From NCBI GenBank assembly GCA_028534125.1, contig CM052818.1:2730001-2794000 (forward strand): a stretch of 64,000 nt of DNA, in the 5' to 3' direction. The notes under the pieces are model-generated. The model saw only the letters and a list, made by a program, of their open reading frames with translations, was not told where the DNA came from and ran no database searches. The stretch comes from Lama glama (Eukaryota). Position 1 is the stretch's first letter. Every line of letters starts with the position of its first letter. Made by a program: the position numbers and the translations under genes. Positions 33,201 through 45,169 of this stretch are shown here, piece by piece.

Positions 33201-36200
33201 TCACTACCTCCTGCTTCGGGTGGATGCTTGGGGTCCCCTTTCCTCTGTGTTCGGCCTCGAAGCACAAATGACGTGAGGGACAGGGGGCCTAATGCCAGAT
33301 ACTCATTTCCTTACTTTAAACAAAGAATGACAGCGCCTCGGTGTGCACCCAGACGCCCATTCAGCCCCGGCAGGAGACAGACAGTGGCTATTTCCCAGTC
33401 TGGAGGGACGCGGTGAATCACCAAGCGGGATGGGCCCGCGGGCGGAGTCGGAGCGCCATCTACTGGTGGTTTTCAGTATTTCCAACTAAACTCTGGCCCT
33501 AAACTTGTCAGATCCTGTCTCCTTTCTGCCCTTTGCAGTTTAGGGGTTCCGGCTGCAGCAGAGGTGAGCCCAGAGAGGGAAGGGCGAGCGGTGGAAGAGG
33601 GAGGGCGCACATTTCGGCCTGGGGCTTGAGGAGAAGGTTCAACTGGGGGCTGTTCCTGCACACTCCTGGGCCCTTTAGACATGTAGCCCCAATCAATTTG
33701 GAGCTTTGGGAAAAGGTGTGAGGAGAAAGGACCAACTAAGAGAAGAAGACTTAAGGGAAAGGTGGGAACCCTTTATGATAACCCGGTGATCTGATGTGAT
33801 GACGTGACCCTGAAACAAATACAGTATTTTGCATTTTACGTTGGGCTTCCCCAGCAGGAATTACTTTCTGCAGAGAGCTTGTCCTGGTGTTATCCACTAT
33901 TTCAAAACAAATGACCTTATTCTTCTTCATAATAATGAAATGACTACATCTGGAAAACAGAGAAACTATTAATAAGGACTAAGTAGGGAAAAGAAACACC
34001 CATAATTCAAATATAACTACCATGAACTATCTTGTATAATTCCTCCTAGTCTTTTTTTTCTAGTTATGCTTGTGCATGTATATAATCTTGTGATCTCATC
34101 TAGTATGTATCATTGTATGTTTTTCACTCAGCAGTATCAAAAGCATTTCTTCATATTCCTAAGCGTTTTCTTTTTATTCCAAAGAACAGCTTTCCACTTC
34201 ATAGTCCAACATATAAATGGACCATAACTTACCCAGTCTCCGAGCGTTGGGCATGTGTTCTTTTTTTGCAGCTTTTTACTGGTACATAGATCTACGGGCA
34301 TGTTTGATGATTGCTTTAGAACAAAATGGTACAAGTGGAATTACTGGGTATAAACGATCTCATGACTTTTAATACAAGTTGCCCAATTGCTTTCTAGAAA
34401 AGCTTATTAATTTTTATTCCCTTTTACAAGATATAGGACTGTTCCCTTTTTCCATGCCCAATGCTGGGTATGGTAAACAAAACAAAAATGTTGCAAGCTT
34501 GGTGCATGAAAAATGGTATCTAATTTCTGTTCTAGTTTGTAGTTCTTTGATGATTAAAGTTCAATATTTTCATAAGTTTATCAGTTATTGTATTCTGTGA
34601 ACGGGCTGGCTCTATGTCCCTTGGCCACTTTGATGTGGGGTGGGAGGGGCTCTCAACATAAGTGAATATATCAACTTTATGGTGTAGTGGGAGCCAGTTC
34701 CTCAAAAGCCGGTGTGCCCCAGGGGGTGATCATCGGAATTCCAGGCCTTTGAAGTTGAAGGATTAGATCCCGGAGATTAAGGGGAAAAAGGTACTTCATT
34801 TTACTTTTCAAATCTCACCAACATGCAGGCTCTCTGTACTCTAACACTTGACTTTTTATCATAACTAGACAAGCGTTTGTACATTTTATTCATTATTATC
34901 AGTACAGCTTGTTGAGGACTTTCTATGGGCTTGGTCAGGAAGAAGTGTTTCTTGTGTAATAATGTCACTTAATCACCGCAGAAAATGCTCCATCACTGCA
35001 AGGTGGGTATTTTCCACTTTGCATCTAAACAAACCAAGGCTTGGCGATATGAAGTATCCTACACATTTTTGTAAAGCTGAATGGTAGAGCTGGGTTTTAA
35101 ATCCTGATGTGCTGGCTCTGAGCTTTAGCCACTACCTGTACTGCGTCTACACTGCGGTGGGTGTGCTCTCAGAGGAAGGGGAGGAGCTCAGCGTGGGCGT
35201 AGACACTCCTCCCAGTGCCGGGTTCACGCCGGCCCCTCCCCTCGCCAGGAACCCGGAGCCGGGCTCTTCACCGCCCAGACAGGAGGGCTGTGGAACCCAG
35301 CCCTAACAACCCATTTCTGTGGTTTGGGGAGAGGTCTTACAGATTCGCTTCTTTGTGCATCACTGTGCTTTTCTCCCTTGCAGATAAAAAATCTCAACCG
35401 TGGTTTTGCCAAACTGAAGGCCCTGGTGCCGTTTCTTCCCCAAAGCAGGAAGCCTAGCAAAGTTGATATCCTTAAAGGTGCGACTGAATACATCCAAGTT
35501 CTCAGTGATGTTTTGGAAGGAGCCAAAGACTCGGAGGTAAAGGTTTAAGAAGTTGGAACAATGATGCCCACCGTTGATCGAGCCCTTTCTCTGTGCCAGG
35601 CATTCTGCACGTATATTGATGTGTGTGTTCTAGTTAGCTTATAACAGTCCTCTGAGCTATTTATGAGCCCCATTTTACAGAGGAGGAAACCACAATACAG
35701 GTAAAGGCCACGCAGCTAAGAAATGTCAGGACTGGGGTTTGAATCCAGGTCTGTGTGAGCTTTGGAGCCAAGTTCCTGACCAGGTGTATCCTCACCACCT
35801 GTCTCTGTCCAGGCCTCCAGCTCCTGACTGCTTAGCCTTTAACAGGACTTCAACAGCGGGGGCACGGGAGGAGGCCCCACTTGGTGGTGGGGTCTCCCTT
35901 CAGCAGGACGCACATCAGGCAGGACACAGAGAGGAAGAGGCATGTCCCTTGGGAGAGGCCCTCCCTGAGGGACAACCCTGCCACAGAGCCCAGCGATGGC
36001 CTGGTGATGCCAGTCTCCTGGGGTTGTGCCACCATCCAGTGGGACAACATGAGGGAACCTGCTTTGTAAACTGTGAAGCACCACAGTGTCACCACCATTA
36101 TTGGGGCACGTAGCTCAGTGATGTCATTAGGCAACGGGAGGTGGAAGCTGGTTTCATGGGCTCACTCCATGGAGAGGTAAAGCTAGGAGGCCTGGAAATG

Positions 36201-39200
36201 GCTTAGTCATCAGAGGAGGTAAGATATGAAGAGAGGAAAGGCCTTAGAAACGAGCCCTAAGTGATACCGCTGAGAGGAGGAGCCATCCAAGAGGGGCAGG
36301 TGGAGAAGCAAGATGGGGCCGAACAACCCGGGGAGGGAGGGATTTGGGGAGTCCGAGTGTGGAAGGTGGTGGGAGATGCTGCAGAGGGGCCGGGAAGACG
36401 ACCAGGCCCAGCACGTGAGGTGTGGGATGGGAGCAGGCTGGGGGTCCACTCGCGGTGGGTAGGGGGTGTGTCATTGGTAAACACCTGGAGGCCAGGCCGA
36501 GGGAGATGGCGAACTTCAAGTCCATTCAGCCTGGAAGTCTGAGCCTGGAAAGAAGGATCCAAAGGCTGGGAAAGGAACAGTTGTCAGATCAGTGAAGGTC
36601 TTTCTAAGTAGCAATGTGACCCTGTTAAGGGACAAAAGAGGTCAGATAGTCAAGAGAAGAGAAACACACTCATTCTAGGAGCTTAGAGCAGAAGTAGCAG
36701 GTACATAATGGTACCCTCTCCCCTTGCCTGCTAGTCCTCCTTAGGTGACTTCTGGGAGGATACATTCTGGGATGGTGGGAGTGGATCATCCTATTGGCCA
36801 AATTGGATGGCATGTGGACATGTGCCAGTGGCTGCCTCAGTTTTTCCTTGCATGTGAATTGTCTAACAGAAGTGCTCTGATAAAATACAGAAACTGTTCC
36901 AGGCTATCATCTTTTAAATGCAGTTGCCAATCACACAAATTTTAAGGTTATAGAAGCACAAAATACGATCTATTGAGCAATGATTTTTCTTTCCATAAGA
37001 ACTTAAGCATGGCCCTCATCCACTTAAGTAAAATTTCATAGGTTAAAACTTTGAAATATATTGATGTAAGACTTCAAAACCTGACAGTCATATTATACTG
37101 TTTGACAACTAAATATGGTTTCTAGAGACAAGACCCAGATCATCAGAACTATAGCACCAGAATTTCCGAACCACATATATCCTTGGCCAGAGAGCCATCG
37201 AGAAACACCACCCGACATGCTGGCTGTGCTGTGGGCTTGAAGAATGAGGAGGAAGGGTCCTGGGCAGATGGTGGCAGTGGTGAGTCGTCACACCCTTGTT
37301 GCCAGAGGGCGGTGTCTGTGACAGCAGTTACCTGCCCAACCAGGAGTCTGGTAAAGTGTTTCTTCTGAAATAGCCATGTAGCTGTCCAAAAACTCACAAC
37401 GCATCCCTTGAGGCATGTGGCATTTTCTATGTTAAAACGTGATTGAAACCAGATCCTTGTGTGAAAGCAACGAGGCGGGGAGGTGCAGTTTGCTGGTTGG
37501 AAAGATCTGTGATTATATTCGCAAGTTGCTTGGAAAGCAGCTCAAGGGAAAGGCAGCTCCTCCGGAATCACCCAATACAGACCTACGCTTAATTTTTTAT
37601 GACCCTAACTAATACATCAGACAGTTTTCTGGATTCTGAGGTCTTCAGAAAAAGAAATAAGTAGCTTGCCTTGCATGAAGCTGCATGAGGATCCCATACA
37701 CACACACACTCCTTTGCATGCACGCTTGCTCACACATGCATGTTTGTTTTTGAGTTGCCCTTGTTGGAAGCAGGGTTTGTAAGTAACAACAAAGGAGTTT
37801 TTGTAACAGCTATTTCTTTGCCAAACTAATGAGCTGCTGATAGAAGCAGCTTGCTTCTCCACGTCTGAAGAGTGGACTTTTGGCTCTTGCTGTGTTTCAC
37901 TGTTGCCCAAACAAGACCCCTTGCTCCCTCCTACAACACGACTGCTTGGAGGAATCTGGAACCAAGTGTGCTATAACAAGCAAGTTGCTGAGTGTGAAAT
38001 AAGGACTGTGGAGTCACAGATGATGGTTAGTGGTGGGAGGTGGTTTAGAATAGCTGAGTACAGGCTCTGGGAACAGAATGCTGAGGTTCAAATCCTGATT
38101 TTGCCACCTGTCAGCTGTATGACCCTGAGACGTAAGAGAGCTACTAAAGTTCTCCAACCGTCAGTCTCCCCATCTGTAGAATGGGACTGAGAATTGGACC
38201 CACGTAAGATAACTGTGATTTCAGGATAATTGAGAAGACCAAGGTGATCTTACCATCTTAATAAAGCCACAGATGGAAATATACTAATATGCTTGCAAAA
38301 TTTTTCCTCCCCAACTGAATTAAGAAATTAGGGTGCATAACATTGTGTGTTATTTTTTATTCTCTCATTGGCATGTTTAGAGGTTACTATATATTCTTTT
38401 TTATTTAGTTTTATAAATTTTTATTTATCTTGGGGGAAGGTAATTAGGTTTCCTTATTTAGAAGAGGTACTGGGGATTGAACCCAGGACCTCATGCCTGC
38501 TAGCATGTGCTCTACCATTTGAGCTATAGCTGCCCCCTACTGCATATTCTTTATAACAAGTTTTAAAGGGCTATTAAGTGGACGTTTTTCTAATTGTTGG
38601 ACATTTGTTTTTAGTTTTTCTCATAAACATGGTGAACAAACCGTGCTTAGCTCTTTTTTGTATTTTGTTTTGTTTTTAGGATAGATTTCCAGAAGTAGAA
38701 CTGAGTCACAGGTAAGTACAATCCATGACTTGATGCATGGTGCCAGTTTATGACCCCACCAGCTACGTAAGAGTGCCTAGTTCATCATATCCTTGCCAAC
38801 AGGGGGATCTATTAAAGTGGTACTTTTTTTTTTTTACATATATACATATATTTTCAGATTCTTTTCCATTACAGCTTATTACAAGAAATTGAATATAGTT
38901 CCCTGTGCTCTACTGTAGGTCCTTGTTGCTTATTTATTTTATATATAATAGTGTGTATCTGTTAATATCAAATTCCTAATTTATCCCTCCCCTTCCCCTT
39001 TCCTCTTTGGTAACCATAGTTTGTTTTCTGTGTCCATCAGTCTATTTCTGGCTTGTAAATAAAATCTGTACATCTAGCTCATATCATATGATAAAATGAT
39101 AGAATTTTAGTGGGTAAAAAAATGGTATCTTTAAATTTGAACATATTTAATTACTTTTTTTTTCACTTTTGTTCTGTTTTTGAACTGTTTATTCCTATTG

Positions 39201-39251
39201 TTTAGTCATTTACAATGAGCTCTTCTCTGTTTCAGGTTCTTTCAAGTATGA
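32711..39251 (+). CDS. FIGLA: Folliculogenesis-specific bHLH factor (FIG-alpha), complete, 208 aa; join(32711..32911,35384..35536,37126..37350,38680..38711,39236..39251)
   Basis: gccgccATGG Kozak context; five GT/AG exons total 627 nt in frame; b[56 protein letters not shown]. Confidence 0.95.
33451..33469 (-). promoter_or_regulatory. Candidate CTCF site in FIGLA intron 1
   Basis: The minus strand reads CCACCAGTAGATGGCGCTC, containing a full match to the CCASYAGRKGGCRS core. Confidence 0.65.
33930..34640 (-). mobile_element. Ancient L1ME-like fragment in FIGLA intron 1
   Basis: aagtggaattactgggtata...gcccaattgctttctagaaaag...aaaatggtatctaatt. Confidence 0.6.
35384..35536 (+). CDS. FIGLA: FIGLA exon 2 (HLH)
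   Basis: ttgcag|ATAAAA ... TCGGAG|gtaaag. Confidence 0.97.
37126..37350 (+). CDS. FIGLA: FIGLA exon 3
   Basis: ttctag|AGACAAGAC ... AGTCTG|gtaaag; [10 protein letters not shown]...[17 protein letters not shown]...PTRSL. Confidence 0.93.
38400..38537 (-). mobile_element. tRNA-derived SINE (camelid vic-1-like)
   Basis: Minus strand TAGCTCAAATGG (A box) and GGTTCAATCC (B box); TSD tactatatattcttt/tactgcatattcttt. Confidence 0.88.
38680..38711 (+). CDS. FIGLA: FIGLA exon 4
   Basis: ttttag|GATAGATTTCCAGAAGTAGAACTGAGTCACAG|gtaagt; [10 protein letters not shown], similar to human [11 protein letters not shown] as recalled. Confidence 0.8.
38824..39075 (-). mobile_element. L1 3' UTR fragment in FIGLA intron 4
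   Basis: Poly-T, then ttgaatatagttccctgtgct and tggtaaccatagtttgttttct, shared with other L1 ends in this window. Confidence 0.85.
39236..39251 (+). CDS. FIGLA: FIGLA exon 5 (terminal)
   Basis: tttcag|GTTCTTTCAAGTATGA gives (R)FFQV*; AATAAA follows shortly after. Confidence 0.75.
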
Positions 39252-39286
39252 AAAGTGAAAAGGCCGGCCCAGGGCTACCTTCTACA

Positions 39287-39292
39287 AATAAA
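39287..39292 (+). terminator. FIGLA polyadenylation signal
   Basis: AATAAA about 35 nt after the stop codon, followed by T-rich sequence. Confidence 0.7.
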
Positions 39293-39644
39293 TGCAGTCT
39301 TGAAAGCTTGAGTCTCTTTTTTTAAAAAAAAAAATTGTGATAATTCAAAGTTTAACAGTTACCCTTTAAATGGCCTTGCCTGTCACAAACCTACTTGACT
39401 CTCCTTTCTCAGTTTCAGGTACCCAGCTTAGGCCATATGGCACCTTGATGCAGGTTAGACGCTCCAGCACCGTGAGCACAGAGGCAGCCTTCTTCTTTGC
39501 AACAACTGCTCGCCTGCTCACAAGGACCTAGCACTTAATAAATGTGCCTGTTTTCCATACTTTACATACACTACCTTGTTCTCCTAACAGTCCTGCAGGA
39601 TATCCCTGCTTTACAGGTGGAGAGACTGAGGCACAGAGAGCCTG

Positions 39645-41410
39645 CAGTCCTCTTAGGCTGCCACAGCTTAGACTGCAGGCTGGGTGGCTTAACAGAAGTT
39701 TATTTCCCACAGTGCCGGAGGTTGGCTAGTCCAAGGTCAAGGCCTGAAGGGCTTAGTTTCTGGGGGATGTTGCTTTTCCAGACAGCTGCCTTCTCTCTGC
39801 GTCCACACATGGTGCAGAGAGAAAGAAGGAACACTGGTCTCTCTTCCTCTTATAAGAACACCAGTCCTAGTGGATTAAGGCCTCACCTTTATGAGCTCAT
39901 TTAACCTAATGACTTCCTAAAAGCTCTGTCTCCAAATACAGTCACCTTGAGGGTTAGGGCTTCAGTGTACAAATTTTGAGGGAACAAGATTTAGTTCATA
40001 GCATTCCACCCCAAACTCCCCCAAACTCATGTTCTTATCACATGCAAAATACATTCATTCCATTCAAACAATCCCCAAAGTCTTAACTCATTCCAGCATT
40101 AACCCTAAAGTCCAAAGTATCACCTAAGACACATATGGGTGAGACCAGAGGTGTGATTCATCCTGAGGCAAGAGTCGTTTCCAGCTGTGAGCCTGTGAAA
40201 CCAGACAAGTTACATGCTCCCAAAATGCGATGGTGAACAGGCACAGGGCAGACACCCCCATTCCAAAAGGGAGGAATTAGAAGAAAGTGATGGTGGGTCC
40301 CCAACAAGCCCCAAGCCTAGCAAGGCAAGTTCCATTATAGTTTAAGTTTTTGAATAATCCTCTTTGGCTCAGCGTCCCACCTTCCAGGCCCACTGGGGTG
40401 GCAGTGCCACCCCTCACAGTGGCCTTGCCCTCTGAAACCAGCAGGAAACAGACTTGCCCCCTGGGCCTGTGGTCTGAGTGGCAGCCCAGATGGCCTCCCA
40501 AAGGCCTGTGGGTCATTGTTCCCTGTCCTTGAAGAACAGGGCGTGTTTGCAAACGAATGCCTCCGTGGTCTCGTTGACAGCCTGCCTTCATTCTGTTCCG
40601 CTTTCTCTGTCCCCTTCTGCCCAAACTGGCAGTGTGTTTGTGGTAAAATCCCATCTCTCTTCCTGGCCTCTGCTGAGGTGGTTGATGGAGTCCATGACTT
40701 GCGCCCATGATCTCGTTATCAAATGGTTGTTCAGCCCCACCCTCAGTGCTCTCTTCAGGGCAAGCATTCTCACTTCTTGAAATATAGATGAGAATTCGCT
40801 AAATCTCTAAGTTCCNNNNNNNNNNNNNNNNNNNNNNNNNNNNNNNNNNNNNNNNNNNNNNNNNNNNNNNNNNNNNNNNNNNNNNNNNNNNNNNNNNNNN
40901 NNNNNNNNNNNNNNNNNNNNNNNNNNNNNNNNNNNNNNNNNNNNNNNNNNNNNNNNNNNNNNNNNNNNNNNNNNNNNNNNNNNNNNNNNNNNNNNNNNNN
41001 NNNNNNNNNNNNNNNNNNNNNNNNNNNNNNNNNNNNNNNNNNNNNNNNNNNNNNNNNNNNNNNNNNNNNNNNNNNNNNNNNNNNNNNNNNNNNNNNNNNN
41101 NNNNNNNNNNNNNNNNNNNNNNNNNNNNNNNNNNNNNNNNNNNNNNNNNNNNNNNNNNNNNNNNNNNNNNNNNNNNNNNNNNNNNNNNNNNNNNNNNNNN
41201 NNNNNNNNNNNNNNNNNNNNNNNNNNNNNNNNNNNNNNNNNNNNNNNNNNNNNNNNNNNNNNNNNNNNNNNNNNNNNNNNNNNNNNNNNNNNNNNNNNNN
41301 NNNNNNNNNNNNNNNCAATGTCATCATTTGCGAGTTCTACCTTTGAGAAAAACCCTAGAATATAATTTAGCCAAGTTCCTTGCCACTTTGTAACAGGACT
41401 GCCTTTCCTC
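39645..41410 (-). mobile_element. MaLR element: MLT1-type LTR (~39645-40003) plus contiguous internal sequence spanning the gap
   Basis: The reverse LTR ends in ttagttcatagca and is followed by ttccacccc...catgcaaaatacattcattcca...ccccaaagtcttaactcattccagcatt, typical of MaLR internal sequence. Confidence 0.8.
40816..41315. other. Assembly gap (500 N)
   Basis: Run of N. Confidence 1.
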
Positions 41411-41589
41411 TGAAGTCTGGGGCCTCTCCCCACCAGTGGGCCTTGGTGCCTCACTGCCCTGCGTGCTTCCTCCTCGCGTGGCCGGGGTTGCAGGTGCTGG
41501 GGGGCTCATCTGAATCAGTAATGAGGCTGTATGTACTTTCCCTTGGTGTCCCATTGTGTCTGTATGATGACCCTGGGCGGCAGGAGACT

Positions 41590-41938
41590 GCATCTGTTTT
41601 CTGGGGCTGCCATAAAAATGTACCATAGACTGAGTGCCTTGAACCACAGAAATTTATCTGAGATCAAGAGATGGAGCTGTCAGCAGGTTGGTTTCCTCTG
41701 ACACTTCTCTCCTTGGCTGTAGATGGTTGTCTTCTCCCTGTGTCAGTCTGTGTCTATTTCCTCTTCTTAAAAAAGCAGCGTCCTATTGGATTAAAGCTCA
41801 CTCACATGACCTAATTTGTTAATTTCTTAATTATCGTTAATTTACTTCACTACCTCTTTGAAGACCCTAATTCCAAGTATAGTCATGTTCTGAGGTACTA
41901 GGGTTTAGGACTTCAACACAGGAATTCAGCCCATAACA
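41590..41938 (-). mobile_element. MLT1-type LTR
   Basis: ggggctgccataaaaatgtaccatagactgagtg...gggtttaggacttcaacac...gccataaca. Confidence 0.8.
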
Positions 41939-42184
41939 GAGGTCAAGCTCCGTTACCTTCACTTTACAGCTGGGCCCTGGGGTCAGACTCTTTCCCAAGG
42001 GCACACAGTCCGTGAGACTGAGATTGGGAGTCCCAGGCCCTGGACCCCAGTTTAGTTCTGTTTCCACAACAGGCCTCAGCCACAGGGTTGGCTGTATTTT
42101 CACTTGTTGGGAGAACGGTGCCTTAAGGAGATCTAGACTTAGAATTTATCATTGGTCTTGCTTTGAAAGCCCTGCCCCCCGCCC

Positions 42185-42835
42185 CCAAACTCGATTTCCC
42201 TAAAAAATAGGCCATGATTTGTAGTTTACTGGGGAGGCAAGCCCAGGAAACACCAATAGGGGAGTGGAGAAGTGATACAGGGAAGAAAGCCAGACCACAA
42301 AAGATGCATGACTGCCGTGGGCAGCTGGGGCTCAGTCCTGCTGGGGCAGCCTCAGAGCTGTCCTCCCGACGTTTGGGAGGGAGGGAGCCGGGCTCTTTAT
42401 ACACTGACTCCTGATGGTCACTGACTGAGAGCTGATTCCCTCGGGTGTGGATTCCAACAGCACCTCCAATGTGCCCTGGGGAAGGCCACTGATAAGGATG
42501 CCTGGCCCCAGAGAGTGCTCAGGCCCTGAATTAATGATCTATTGCTGTGCAACAAACTTAGCAATTTAACACATTTATTATGCCCAGTTTCTGGGGCTCA
42601 GAAATTGTGTATGGGCCTGGCTTAGCTGGGTCCTCTGCTTCACCATTTCTCTCAAGGCAGAAATCAAGGTGTCGATCTGGACCGGGGTCTCAGCTGAAGA
42701 CTTACTTGGCTTGGGGAAGGATCTGCTTCCCAGCTTAGGTGGTTGTCTGCCGAATTCATTTTCTCTAGGACTTTTAGACCGATGGCCTCAGTTTCTAGCT
42801 GGCATCACCCTCAGTTCCTTGCCACGTAGGTCTGT
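42185..42835. mobile_element. Old ERVL-type LTR fragment and an MLT1-type LTR fragment
   Basis: ggaaacaccaataggggagtggagaagtgatacaggg; tctattgctgtgcaacaaacttagc...ggcttagctgggtcctctgcttca. Confidence 0.55.
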
Positions 42836-43484
42836 TAAGACATTGCCGGTGTCTGCTACCCTACAGTGCCCTCTGCTCTCTTTATAAGTTACTGCTGGCT
42901 GGAAACATTTTTGTCAAGAGACTTGGAGAGGAGAAATAACTTTATTGCAGATCAGTAGGAAGTCTAATTTTAAACTATCTGGCCATTAGGGGCTAGCCCA
43001 ATGTGATTCTCTCCTATGTTTCCCCATCCCTAGTTAAGAGCCAGGAATCTCGAGCTTTCTGCAGTGAGAACTTTGAATTCTAGTGATATTCTGTGGAGCC
43101 AGCTAGTTCTGGTTCCTCTTATTGGATTTCAAAGTGAATTTAGAGTTGAATGAGTGAGAACTTTAGGATCTCCAACTGAAATTGCATATGGGCTATTAAC
43201 ATGGAAATTAACGCAGTGAAGTCTTGTTTCCTGTCTGACGTCTGAACAATTCCTAAGGTCACAGGATGGTGCCACTCCCTCCAGCGCTCCTCATATTTAG
43301 ATGTCACAATCAGGTGGCATCTGGGAGAAGCTGGAGGGAATTTTTTTTTTAAGGTTCTGTGATGGCCAGAAGAGCAGAATCAGTGTTCTGGGAAAAGGAG
43401 AGTGTATCAGCTTTATTGACTTTATCAGTGTCTTGTATTAGTTCTGCTTTTTAAAGTCAATTTTTTGTCCCCTTTGAGAGGCCA

Positions 43485-43735
43485 CGTGCATGGTAGTGGT
43501 TAGGGCTCAGCTCTGGAGCCATAGTCCTTGAGTTTGCATCTTGACTTGGCCAACCATTGGCTGTGCAACCTTGGGCAAGTTACCTAATCTCTCTGTACCT
43601 CAGTCTCTTCATCTATTAAATAGGGTAATATAATATTAGCATCCTCATAGAGTTCTTGTGAGGATTAAATGAGACAAAATGCAGGTAAAGCTCTCAGAAC
43701 AGTGGCAGGAGCCAACCAGAGTTTGCTGTTATTAG
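43485..43735 (+). mobile_element. MIR SINE
   Basis: ctgtgcaaccttgggcaagttacctaatctctctgtacctcagt...gtgaggattaaatgaga. Confidence 0.85.
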
Positions 43736-45169
43736 TTTGAGAAAGCTTAATAACACCAGGAAGAGATCTTTTTGAGTGATGGAAATGACCAAGGGGATTT
43801 ATAAAACCTGCTATTTCTGGACGGGACAAAAATTCTCTATTTCCTTTTTGGGTTCTATTTCAGAAAAAAGCCTACCATACCCGTGATTTCCAGATTTCCA
43901 GGGCTCCAGAGAAAGTATTTCTAGCTTCACAGATATTATCACTCTGCACCGAGAATACACAGCCGCCTGAAGCATCTCAATAAACATGTCATTTCCTGGT
44001 TCTGGCCAGACAGACCTTGGGTCCTGGTGACTGAGCTGCTTGTATTTCTGACAGGTTTTGATGGGAGAATGGGAAGGCGGCTTGTGGACTCAGTGATTCT
44101 GAAGGTGAAGTGGGAATGGAGGAGAAGCTCTGAGTGGGGAAGGCTGGGTAGAGACCAGGGGATGGTGGGGTTGGAGGAGCAGAAAGACAAAATTTGCCCT
44201 GGCATCTGAAATGTGATGCCTGCAGGTGTCCTGGGTTTGTTGTGGTGGGCATAGCTCAAATATGGTGGCATTTCTTATATGTTAGTGTGCAAAGGAATCA
44301 CTGGGAATGCTTGTCGAAAATATGGGTTCCCAGACCCACCTACGGAGATTCTGATTCTGCAGCAGCACCGTGGGGCGGGGGGGGGGGTGTCTGGTGATTT
44401 TTATGGGGCTGTGGTGCCCCAGAACCTCGAGGGAGCAGGGAGGCCATGATCTGGTTGGGGGCAGAGATCAGAGGCTTTTCTGGATGCTGTACTTGCCTGG
44501 ACGTCACATTTTAAAAAACATCTAGAGTGAATGTTGATTTAGGGGAGCTTTGGGGATTTGATAGAGATTATGGGGATCTAAAGTACCAAGCTACCACCGA
44601 ACATCCCTACTCACTGAGGGCCATGCATTGAGAAACACTGTCAGAAAGAAGTGGGAGGTGCCTTAGGTACACTGTCATTTTACGTAGTAAGACCATAGGG
44701 CCCAGAGAGGTTAAGTGACTTCACCAAAATCACACAGCTAGTTAGTTATGGTAGATCTGAGACTGTACCCAAGTATTCTGGTTCTCTGTGCGGTTGCTCC
44801 ATTCACTAAACACCTGTTCCCCCTAGGGTGGGAGACTGGGGAAGGGAGGTGATGAGGGGAGGAAGTAGTGAGAATTGGAGGGAGCCGGGCCCACAGACCC
44901 AGAGGACAGGGCAACAACAAAGATTTTGCCCTTGTGGAAAATTGAGTTAGAATTAGAATAAGGAGAATTTTGGCTTGGCATTCCAATGGTCAGTCAATTG
45001 CTATTAAAATCCCTAGTAGAAGTAATCTTCAAAAGGCAATACATCCTTCTTAGACAAAAAAAAAATATTATGAGACTTTTTTTCCTTTTTAATCTCAAGA
45101 GGATACATTCTCTAACAGAGGAGCTCACGTTTCAGATTTTCTTCCTAGTAACACCCTCACCCTGGCTCC

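Noticed and set aside
32444..33271. Long overlapping Arg/Pro/Gly ORFs on both strands
   Set aside because: Stop-codon scarcity in a CpG island; only 32711-32911 has protein homology and a splice donor.
38455..38537. tRNA-like sequence with A and B boxes
   Set aside because: Has an AT-rich tail, TSDs and diverged sister copies, so it is a SINE rather than a tRNA gene.
40770..41454. 185-aa and 215-aa ORFs
   Set aside because: They consist almost entirely of the N gap.
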